From Paraspadella gotoi (taxonomy: Eukaryota > Animalia > Chaetognatha): a stretch of 64,000 nt of DNA. Position 1 is the first letter of the stretch; the number at the start of each line of letters is the position of its first letter. The translations under genes and the position numbers were made by a program. Positions 13,172 through 23,725 of this stretch are shown here, piece by piece. The stretch covers positions 4,337,779 through 4,401,778 of the forward strand of contig CM119265.1 in NCBI GenBank assembly GCA_051294375.1. The letters run 5' to 3'. The notes under the pieces are model-generated. The model ran no database searches. It was given only the letters and a program-made list of their open reading frames with translations, and was not told where the DNA came from.

Positions 13172-13850
13172 ACCTGTTAGTCGGGCCATACAAAGTTCAC
13201 CCCGCCTCTAACGGCATTGATCTTCAGTCATGCCCGGTGGCTCATTTGAGTAGGCCATCAGCTCGATGACCACCAGGTACCGGTTCAATCCAACGTACCT
13301 ATTCGCGGAAGTGTGAGCGAGGCCGATAAGCCGCCTGGGGCGCGTGGAAAACCCTCAAGCCTGTTCCAACCCAGAGACCCGTCCATAGCTAGTAGGGGGT
13401 TAAAAAGTTACGGATAGTCATCTTTTCCATCCCACTTAGCGCCTATCCGACACTGGTGAGCCCATCCTGTCGAGCGTATTCCAAGCCTTCTGATTCCAGG
13501 CCCATGGACTGCTGAAGATTGCTCCCCTCGCCTCCACTGGAAAGCAGTGCAGGGTGGTTACAATCTGGGGCATGTAGTCGGGCATAGCAAATGTCACCCC
13601 GCTCTAAGACATGAATCCTCAGTCGTGACCGGGGCTCATTGAGTAAGGCCATCAGCTCATGACCACAGTGTAGCGGGTTCAATCCCAACCCGTACCTATT
13701 CTGCCGGGAAGTGTGAGGACGCCGTAAGCCGCCTTGGGGCGGGAAAACCCTCAAGCTGGTTCCAAGCCCAGGAACCCCTTCATGCTGCTAGAGGAGTAAA
13801 GAGTTACGGAAGTCATCTTCAGCCCACTAGCGCCTTATCACAGACCCTTC
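13172..13850 (+). mobile_element. ~394-bp tandem unit (1.7 copies) with a tRNA-like Pol III head; SINE-like
   Basis: A-box-like TGGCTCATTTG (13238) and GGGCTCATTGAG (13632); B-box GGTTCAATCC at 13282 and 13676. Downstream sequence aligns between units (taagccgcc...ggaaaaccctcaagc...agttacgga...gtcatctt). Confidence 0.6.
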
Positions 13851-14369
13851 GTGGTAAAAAAGAGAGAGGAAGAGACCGAAAGGGAAAGGACGAGAGAGAG
13901 AGAGAGAGAGAAGAGAATAGAGAGAGAGAGAGAAGAGAGAGAGAGAGGAACAGAAAAAAAATCTTTTAGCGCAGCCTTTACAGCTGTAATATATCAAGCG
14001 AAAGCCTTACTTTTATCATTTCTCACTTCTTTCCAAGCACGACTTTCAAAATATGAGGGTTCTCCCAAATTCTAAGGGTGGAAATTGACCCGGAACTTGA
14101 GTTGGAAACTTTGATGTCGTCGGCCGAAAGAATGAAATAAAAATGGGTTCTTTCCATGTCTTTCATTTCATTTTCCCTTTGGTTTTTTCCCTGACTTTTC
14201 ATTCCATCCCTATTTGCTCCCAGTCAATCATTTTGTTATTCAATTAATGATTCATTCATTCATTCATTCATTCGTTCATTCATTTTTTCTTTCTTTGTTT
14301 CTTGTTTCATTGTTTTTTCTTTCATTGTTTCATTGCTTCTTTCTTTCTTTCTTTCTTTCTTTCATTGCT

Positions 14370-14433
<64 letters not shown>

Positions 14434-14787
14434 ACCCACCAACTGTCGAATACAGTGGACTTAATAAAAAGATAACGTCGACCGCAAAAAGAAAAAGAAT
14501 ACACAATAAAAGGAAGTAGAAAAAGGAGAAGTGGGAGATAATTCGAGAGTCGCGCGTAAAAACGGAAACCGATGCTGGCGACGTCTTCGTTGTCGTCGTC
14601 GTTGTTCAGTTGTGAGCAGGCGGTCCAAGAGCAATGAGCAACGACGGGCCAGCGTCGGGCAACCATGAGCAACGACCGAACGGCGACGGGGCGCATCGGG
14701 GAACGACGGCCCGATAACTAATAAACGCCTCTCTGGCGGGCAAACACCCGAACTGCTACTCTCTAGAGGAGAGAGAGAAGAAAAGAG

Positions 14788-14844
<57 letters not shown>

Positions 14845-14859
14845 AGAGAGAGGAAAAAA

Positions 14860-17164
14860 TAAAGAAGAATGAACGCGAATCCGATACCATATCTGTCAGA
14901 GGGAGAGAGAGAGGAAAAGGAAATCGAGAGAAGGATTAAGAGAAAAGAAAAGGAAATTGAAGGAGAAGGATTAAGAGAAAGAAAAAAAAGGAAAAGGAAA
15001 TTGAGGAGAAGGATTAAGAGAAAAGAAAAAAAAGGAAAAGGAAATGAGGAGAAGGATTAAAGAAAAAAAAAGAAAAGAAAAATTGGAGGAGAAGGATTAA
15101 TAGAAAAGAAAAAAAAGGAAAAGGAAATTGAGGAGAAGGATTAAGAGAAAAAGAAAAAAAAAGGAAAAGAAATTGAGCGGAAGGATTAAGAGAAAAAAAG
15201 GAAAAGGAAATTGAGGAGAAGGATTAAGAAAAAAAAGGAAAAATGAAATTGAGGAGAAGGATTAGAGAAAAAAAGGAAAAAGGAAATTGAGAAAAGTAGA
15301 TTAAGAGAAAAGAAAAAAGGAAAAGGGGAAATGGAAGATGTCGGTTGGGGAATCGTTTTTTATTTCATCCTCCAGGAAAGACGGAAGGAGGAGGAGAATA
15401 CGAACTGAGATTAAGCGAAAATGAAAAAGGAGGAAAAAGGGAAAAAAAAGGAAAAAAAGAACGACCGGTAGAATGATAACAAACAAGATGATAAAAAAGG
15501 AAGACGAGAAAAATCGCGCGGGAAAAACGAAGATGAGAAAAATGAGGAAAAAGAAAAGAAATGAGAAAAAAAGAAAAAGAATCGAGTTCCTTCTTCATTC
15601 CTTGTTAATTCCGACGACTGCGAGAAGACAAAAAAGAAAGGGAGATCATCTGTGGAGATAGAATTGGGAGAAAGAAAGGAAAAGCGAGAAAGAAAAAATA
15701 GAAGGGATAAGAAATCAAGAGAAAGCAAAAAAGAAATAGAAACAAAATTAGGAGAAAAGAAAACAAAGTGAGAAGAGAAAAAAAAAAAGAGAAGACGAAA
15801 TTATTTTAGGAAGGAAAAGATCGGATGAAGAGAGATAGAAAGAGAAGAAAAAGTGAAGAGAAGTAGAAGAATTTTAGAAGACAAGATAGGGGAAGAAGAA
15901 ATGAAAGACAAAAAGAAAGGGGATGGAAGAATGAGATCGAAAGCGAAGCAAATGAAGGGAAAGAGAAAAACGACGAGATATGGAAAAGAAATTCGGACCT
16001 CGAAGAAGANNNNNNNNNNNNNNNNNNNNNNNNNTAAAGAAGAATGAACGCGAAATCCGATACCCATATCTGTCAGAGGGAGAGAGAGAGGAAAAGGAAA
16101 TCGAGGAGAAGGATTAAGAGAAAAGGAAAAGGAAATTGAGGAGAAGGATTAAGAGAAAGAAAAAAAAAGGAAAAGGAAATTGAGGAGAAGGATTAAGAGA
16201 AAAGAAAAAAAAGGAAAAGGAAATGAGGAGAAGGATTAAAGAAAAAAAAAAGAAAAGAAAAATTGAGGAGAAGGATTAATAGAAAAGAAAAAAAAGGAAA
16301 AGGAAATTGAGGAGAAGGATTAAGAGAAAAGAAAAAAAAAGGAAAAGAAATTGAGCGGAAGGATTAAGAGAAAAAAAAGGAAAATGAAATTGAGGAGAAG
16401 GATTAAGAGAAAAAAAAGGAAAAGGAAATTGAGAAGTAGGATTAAGAGAAAAGAAAAAAGGAAAAGGGGAGAATGGAAGATGTCGGTTGGGGAATCGTTT
16501 TTTATTTCATTCCTCCAGGAATAGACGGAAGGAGGGAGGAGAATACGAATGAAGATTAAAGCGAAAAAGAAAAAAGGAGGAAAAAGGGAAAAAAAAGGAA
16601 AAAAAGAACGACCGGTAGAATGATAAACAAAACAAAGATGATAAAAAAGGAAGACGAGGAAAAATGCGCGGGAACGAAGATGAGAAAAATGAGGAAAAAG
16701 AAAAGAAATGAGAAAAAAAGAAAAGAATCGAGTTCCTTCTTCATTTCCTTTGTTAATTCCGACGACTGGAGAAAAGACAAAAAAGAAAAGGGAGATCATC
16801 TGTGGAGGATAGAATTGGGAGAAAAGAAAGGAAAGCGAGGAAAGAAAAATAGAAGGGGATAAGAAATCAAAGAGAAGCAAAAAAGAAAATAGAAACAAAA
16901 TTAGGAGAAAAGAAAACAAAGTGAGAAGAAGAAAAAAAAAGAGAAGACGAAATTATTTTAGGAAGGAAAAGATCGGATGAAGAGAGATAGAAAGAGAAGA
17001 AAAAGTGAAGAGAAGTAGAAGAATTTTAGAAGACAAGATAGGGGAAGAAGAAATGAGAAGACAAAAAGAAAGGGGATGGAAGAATGAGATCGAAGCGAAG
17101 CAAATGAAAGGAAAAGAGAAAAACGACGAGATATGGAAAAGAAATTTCGGACCTCGAAGAAGAA
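14860..17164 (+). repeat. ~1.15-kb tandem duplication across a 25-N gap, containing a ~35-42-bp purine minisatellite
   Basis: taaagaagaatgaacgcgaa at 14860 and 16035, both copies ending ggacctcgaagaaga (16009, ~17164). The internal unit GGAAAAGGAAATTGAGGAGAAGGATTAAGAGAAAA repeats about 10 times per copy. Confidence 0.9.
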
Positions 17165-17601
17165 GAGGAGGAAGAGAAAAGAGAAGAGGAGGCAGGAGAG
17201 AGAAAGAAGCGAAAGAGATTAATTTGGCGGAAGACAAAGAAAAGCGAAAATAGGAAAAAATCGAGGCTTTGGATTTAGTGAGGAAGAAAGGGTGAGAAAT
17301 TGATTGAATGAATTCGGTGATACTAGATTGATCGGATTGATTCTATTTTTCTTTGTCAGAAAGTTAAATTGTAGTTTAAGTACAAACAGAGGTTAGTCTA
17401 TTATTTTTTACTAAAAACGAATGTTTTGTGTTGCCATTTAAACAAAAAAAACCAAGTCTCGAAGTAATGGACGTGGAAGATTGAAAAATCAGTAGGAAAG
17501 ACCGGAAAATGTGGCACAACGGAAAAAGAAAGAAAAAGGACTTGAAAGGCGGGAGAACCGAAAAGGAAAAAAACCAGTCCGGGATAAGAGGAGAGAGAGA
17601 G

Positions 17602-17644
<43 letters not shown>

Positions 17645-19334
17645 AAGTAGAGAGAGAGAGAAAGAGAAAATTAACGCGAAGAAAAATACTACGAGGTAAA
17701 CAGAAGCTTTCGGAAGGAAGTGAGATAAGGGAAGCGGGAAAAGAAGATTAGTCGTAATGGAGAGGAAAAGGTGAAAACAGAAAAAAAGAAAGAAAATAGA
17801 AAAAAAAATAAATCAAGAAAATCTTATCGCGAAAAACGTCGCTCGCGAAAAACCGATTAGAAAAAAAGGAAATGGGAGGAAAAAAAAAACAAAGAGTCGG
17901 CGGAAAAATAATGTAATTCACGAGGAAAAAAAAGAGAAAATTTGACTTTTTTTTTTTATTGGGCGTTGGGTGGTTATGGGTGGTTATGGGTAGTTTAGGG
18001 GTTGGGGAAAATGACTTTAACAGAAGCCTAAAAAAAAACAAAAAACAAAAACCCAACTTTCCAAGGTGGTAAAAAAATAGAGAAGGAGAGAAAATGAAAG
18101 TGAAAACAAAGGTTGCGGAAAATAGAAAAAACAAGGGTCTTCTATTGTGTTTCAATGTATTAAATTGCTTATTATGTGCGCATTTCTTAAAATATGCATA
18201 CAAAAAGTATTTAATGATACGTTGACTTTTTGTTCGCCTCACCTAATTTTTAACCTTTACATATTGTGAAAAACTGTCTTATTAAATCTTATTTCTGAAA
18301 TAAAAAAAAAATGAATAGTGCATTTTAAAACTTTATGAGGTTTCTTACTATCCTTCATCTAAGGAAACAATTTAAAAGATTATTTAATCAATATTATAAA
18401 AAATATTTATCAAAGATCGGAAAATATATAATCTGATAATTTAATATAGTATAATATATAATAATATAATCTAATCACTGAAAAAACATTTTTACCAATT
18501 ATTTTATGTGATAATTACAGAAGTTTGCTTTGTTCAGTTTTTAAAATTTAAGTATCCTATAAAATGGTCTATACTTATGCCCTTTTTGATCTGGTATAGG
18601 AGCAGTCAGCTTTAATTAACGGACAGTACCCTTGGGACGCACTGTAAAACATACACCTTTAGCATCTCATTATGCATAACTCGTATAAATAAAAATAAAT
18701 ACAGTATTATCAGAATTATAAATATTCAAAATGTAAGTGACGTATCAATGAACAGACAGATCGACAGACCGAAAAAAATGACTCATCGAGCTGCTCTGCG
18801 AGAACTCGCGTCTCAACAAAAAAAGATTGAAGATACGAAAGAAGACGAGAATCGAAAGTGACGAGAGAAAATAACCCGAGTTTGAAACGAAAGAATGAAA
18901 AGAAGAGGTTATTAAACTAGAGGGGGGGCGGGGTTGGGGGGAAGATGAGTTTTGAGACGAGAATCTTAGAAAAAGAGAAAAGGAGAAAAAAAGAGAAAAG
19001 AAATTGAATTGTTTGGAAAATTGAACTTCTGCGACTCATCGAAGAAGAAATGGCACAATAGTCAGGCGTAATGATTTCTCTCTACCTCGAGTTATTTTGA
19101 AAACAAACTAACGAATAAACAAACAAATGAACAATGCAAGAACGGTAATTCCAATGTGTTGCACAGCAGTGACTTTATTTTCACGTGTATTTCACTTTTT
19201 GTGACATGCACTGCATCAAAATTCCGTCTTTTATACCTTATAGTTTTAGAAATTCCTGAAGGCGGCTCTAGCAGTCCCTTAGATTTGAGCTACCAACTAT
19301 CGGCAAATGATATGAATTTTTTACGTAAGTGGAA

Positions 19335-19415
19335 CAGACCGACGGACAGACATACCGAGGGACCGACCGACCGACCGACCGACAGAAAAGTGACTTATAG
19401 AGTTGCAATTAAAAA
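19335..19415 (-). mobile_element. Fragment of the same DINE-like family (weaker relative at ~18750-18815)
   Basis: cagaccgacggacagac...gaccgaccgaccgacagaaaagtgacttatagagttgc resembles the reverse complement of 22965-23003 (actctataattcactttgtcggtctgtcggtcc). Confidence 0.4.
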
Positions 19416-19710
19416 GAAATCTTGATAACATGAAATTCCGCCGCCTCGTCATTCGCTCTTTCGATCGAAACGCGACGTAAAAGACGCGACATTCTCAGTT
19501 TTTTTTTCTCTTTTTTTTTCGAAGCCAAAGAGAAATTCGTCGTTCGCTACTAAGAATTAACTGCGCGCGACAGCGAAGAAGCAGCCAAGAGGCACTGCGG
19601 GCGCAGCGCTCTCTTCTGTAGCCGCGGGAAAACCGAATCAACAAAAGCAAACAAGATAATACAGTAATCCGTTTTTGAAAAGAGGAGAAAAAATGAGGAG
19701 AAGTCAAGAC

Positions 19711-19757
<47 letters not shown>

Positions 19758-20070
19758 AGAAAGAGAGAGACTGAAAAAAATTAGGCCTGAGGAGAAAATA
19801 AAAATGAAATCCCGCAATAAGAAGCTGAAAAACAAAACAAAAATTATACTCATCGTCGTTATCGTCGTCGTCGTGGTCGTCGTCATGACGTCGGCGGAAA
19901 GAGAGCAGCAACAAAATGTTATGACAAAGCCAAACTAAGAAAGGCAAAGAAGAAGGATTGGAGGAAAAACAGCAACGTTTCAGATTATGACTGTCAACTG
20001 GGAATAGAAAGAGAGGAGAAGGAGGGAGANNNNNNNNNNNNNNNNNNNNNNNNNGAAAAAAAGAAGAGAT

Positions 20071-20252
20071 GAACTTTCCCGCGCCTGTGGCGCACCCGCG
20101 GCGCTTTAATCGTCTTCCTCTTATCGAGACACGCCCTTCCGATTAAACCGAGAAATCAGCGAAAAGAATAAAAAAAAAAAAAAAAAACGTGCGTTTGCTG
20201 TTCGCTTGAATGAGAATTTTAATCTTCACTCGCCGTAACATGTCTGCGTATC

Positions 20253-20296
<44 letters not shown>

Positions 20297-20297
20297 A

Positions 20298-20340
<43 letters not shown>

Positions 20341-21796
20341 ATTGGTAAAAAGGTCCTTTTCTCACGTGGTGCATTTCGCGTTATAATCCTTGATGGAAAA
20401 GATTGAAAGCTGAAGCCTTTTATGCCGCTTAGCTTCATCGAAACCGATAATCTTTGAACTACGTGAATGGGGCAGGGACGTTTAATTAAACCGATTAATG
20501 TCGGAAACGAACTATCGGGTACATCAAAACGAGAAGAGAGAAATAGAGGAAGAAAAAGAGAGAGATTCTTGGCAATTCCAAATCGCGTTTACGACCAGGA
20601 AACCTTTGAATCTCACCGTTTTTTGTGTTTTTTTTTTTTTTTTCGTTTCAATCTCTAGTCGTTCAGCTGCCAGCATTCGCTCAACGTTATTCGTTCAATA
20701 TTGTCATATCTACGACATTCACAAAAAAGATGAATTGTAAACAAATTAATTCCGAAAGAAAAAAAAAAACATTTGCTTTTTCTGCAAAAAGTCGGTACTT
20801 AAAAACGTTTTTTCCTTCCCGCCCTCGCGCCACGATTTACGAAAGTGAACTCGGCGCTGCCCGCCGCGCCCTGCCGAGCCCTCCCTACTAACTCTCGCTG
20901 CGGCGTCGCTGTCTGGGCCTACTTCGCGGGAAAACCCTGGCTCATAAATCGGCGTAACGGGAATCGAACAAGACGGCGGAGACCGAGAAGGAAAATAGCT
21001 CTCCTCCGCTTTTCCCGCCAACTCCGTTGGTCGAAGCAACGACGAAGGAAGTCGCGCGTGACCAGGAGACATTAGGTCGGGGCGGACGTGAACTTGTGGC
21101 GGACGTCATTTACTGACTGCGTAGGAAATGAAGTCACTGACGGCAGAGAATTCCGATGCGACAACTATGACCTCTTCACGGTCTAGAAGTTCGTCGTCCA
21201 TTTGATAAGTCAAAAACCAAAAAAAAAATTGAACTGCTTTTATGGCAAGGGGAGGATGCCTGTGACACCCGGGGCGCGGGTATCTCCACCACCTGGCGCA
21301 GGGGCTGCGACGCCTCAGTTGACAGACTCCTGTCTCAGTTTAGCAGCCGTTCTTCAGATTTAAGCAGAACAGGATACCCAGGGATTGAAAACCGTGACGC
21401 AGGGTTCGTAACGAGAACTATTTAGCGGCTCAGCATTGAACAAGCGAGAGACAGCAGTGAGGCCAGATTTAATTCTTGCTGCCACAACTTAAGATATAAT
21501 GAAATTAATTTGTAATACCCAATACAACTGTAAGCCAACTGGACGGAAACCACTTACTATTTTTTTTATTTTTCAATTCTATTTCTTAGACTACGTAATT
21601 CTCCTCTCTCTCTTCTCTCTCTCTCACGGAAGTTTTTCCGTTCCTCTCCTCAGCGCCTCGTCGCCTTCGGTCGTTGGAGTCGCTTCATTTTCTCGTCTCA
21701 ACGGATCGTTGCTTTGTCATTTCCTTCTTCGGAAAAAAAAAAAAAAAAAAAAAAACAAGTTTCCAGCGAACTTTGTATTTGTTTTTCCTGTTTCCT
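20071..21796 (+). repeat. Direct duplicate of ~54786-56680 (third copy of the segment also inverted from 56682 onward)
   Basis: gaactttcccgc(c)gcctgtggcgc at 20071 and 54786, running collinearly to gcgaactttgtatttg...ctgtttcct at ~21796 and 56680. Confidence 0.92.
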
Positions 21797-22715
21797 ATTT
21801 TTTTTTCGAGCCATTTTTTCGGAGGTCTGAATGTTTTTTGTTTTTTTCGGAAGAAACGCTAATACTCTTTGGTACGATTGCGCCGTTCTCCTCTCTTCTT
21901 CTCCCGACAAAACAGTTTCTTTTTCTGCTACGCCCTCTCTTTTTCCTCAGCCAGTTCCTCGCATCGCCTTGCACTCACAAAAGCCTGCGTCAGTCTCACG
22001 CAAAACGTATCGCATTAGCCTAACCAACTTCTCACCCTTGCTCGTAATCACCGCTTTTTACTTTCTCTTTCACTCAGTCGCCTTTATTTTTCTCGACAAA
22101 AAAAAAAGAAAGTCTTCCGAAACTACGCGACTGGAAAGGAAATTGTTACGCTTTTTCCATTACAATACAGTTTCGCACAAAGAAAAAAAAAAAGTAAAGA
22201 ATGGAGCATAAACTTATTTTGTTGTCTTTGTTTTTTGTGTTCCTTCCTCGCATTTTTCACGTTGCGGGAAAAAAAAAATATATAAAAATATTAGTAAAAA
22301 GTACTTTAGCTGCGTGGTAAACTGAAGCGTTTCAGACGACCAGCTGCGCTCATCATATATCTGTCATTTCAAATTTCATAGTGGTCTTAATTCGCATTAT
22401 ATCGCGTCGTAGTAGTCATCACCTTTAGTTTTAATGCCCGAAATTTAACTCAGATATCGCTTTTGTACTGTCAATCATCGACTTCCCCTCCCCGTCCCAC
22501 CACATCCCCTCTTCCCCTCCCCTTCCCAGCCGCGCTTACTTACTCACTCCGCGCAGGGCTCGAAAAGCGCGAAAGATCGTACTTCCGTTTGTTCTCCGCC
22601 TTCCAATTTGTCTCGATTTAAACGAAAATTCCTTCGAGGTCGAGGGATCCTGGGTTTCCGGGTTGGGGAAAGAAACGTCCGCAACGGATTCGATAAAAAA
22701 AAAAAAAAAGAAGGT

Positions 22716-22750
22716 AAAAGGGTTAAAGGGTTAAAGGGTTAAAGGGTTAA
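22716..22750 (+). repeat. (TTAAAGGG)x4 octamer tandem (mirror 48368-48405)
   Basis: aaagggttaaagggttaaagggttaaagggttaa. Confidence 0.9.
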
Positions 22751-22937
22751 ATTTTAACTTAAAAAGGCAAGAAATATTTTAAGTTCTTAAAAGCTCAAAT
22801 TGTTTGATGTTCCTGTAACATTAACAATTATCGATTTCTAATTAATTATCTTTAAATCTAGGCTATGTTCTAACTTGTTTGCTACAATTCGAATTTTTCT
22901 ATTTACAGCAATCATCTGTTTAATTTCGAGCGCATAA

Positions 22938-23456
22938 ATTTTAGTCGATCAGCTTTCAGCGATCCGACTCTATAATTCACTTTGTCGGTCTGTCGGTCCG
23001 TCCCCTCAATCTTGTTTCGGCATTTCACATTATATCATGTCAAGAACATCGAATATGATAAATTATGTAAAAAAAAACGATGTCCGTCTGTCCGTCTGCC
23101 CCGTCCGTCGTCCGTCCATCTTCTGTTTCCACCTTAGAAAAAAACAACCAATTACTCGTGATTGGATGGATGGATTAAACATGAAATTTTGCCGTGTGGG
23201 TAGGGAAAGTGTGTGATTGAGCTGAATATGAAGTTTCGATACGAATCGTCCGATGGAAAGAAGTTTAATGGAAAAAACAAAATATATATTTCACTATTTG
23301 GAACACCAATTACTCACAAAGTGGGATGGGACGCATTGACTTTGACATTTTTTGTATTTGGGTGGAAAATGTGTGATTAACTGGAAAATCAAGTTTCAAT
23401 AGAAATCGTTTGAGTGGAAATAGTTTAAATGGAAACAACAAAGAACCTGTTTCACT
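22938..23456 (+). mobile_element. DINE-1/Helentron-associated-like non-autonomous element with (GTCY)-type microsatellite and ~165-bp internal tandem units (mirror ~47820-48175)
   Basis: Head ttttagtcg...cgactctataattcactttgtcggtctgtcggtccgtc, further (GTCC/GTCT) runs at 23080-23117, then two diverged ~165-bp units. A related head occurs in reverse at 19335-19415. Confidence 0.4.
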
Positions 23457-23504
23457 AATTGATTATGTTTCTTTTTTCTTTTTATTTGAAATTAATGCAA
23501 GATG

Positions 23505-23725
23505 TATTAATTAATCAAATAATTTAATTAGTTAATTAATCAATTAAGTCAATTAATTAATCAATAATTAATTATTCAAGTTATTAATCAATCAAAACAA
23601 ACATTTTGGATCAAATTAATTGCATATTTTGCCATAATTAATTAATAATTAACTTAAATAAATAACTTGAATTAATTACATAATTAATTAATTAATTAAT
23701 TAATAATTAATTATTAATTAATTAC
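23505..23725. repeat. (TTAA)n self-complementary AT-rich tract (mirror 47570-47770)
   Basis: Directly visible degenerate TAAT/TTAA array. Confidence 0.85.

Noticed and set aside
13232-13700. Functional tRNA genes
   Set aside because: A and B boxes are present, but acceptor and anticodon stems do not close into a cloverleaf; treated as SINE-like heads.
14860-17164. Real 1.15-kb segmental duplication or paired LTRs
   Set aside because: The copies directly flank a 25-N gap and differ by small indels, consistent with overfilled gap closure; no TG..CA termini or primer-binding site seen.
11340-19947. Lys/Arg/Glu-rich and Phe/Leu/Ser-rich ORFs resembling SR or membrane proteins (also at 31-41 kb and 52-61 kb)
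   Set aside because: Translations of (AG)n, (TTTC)n and polypurine tracts; frames are not preserved between duplicate copies.
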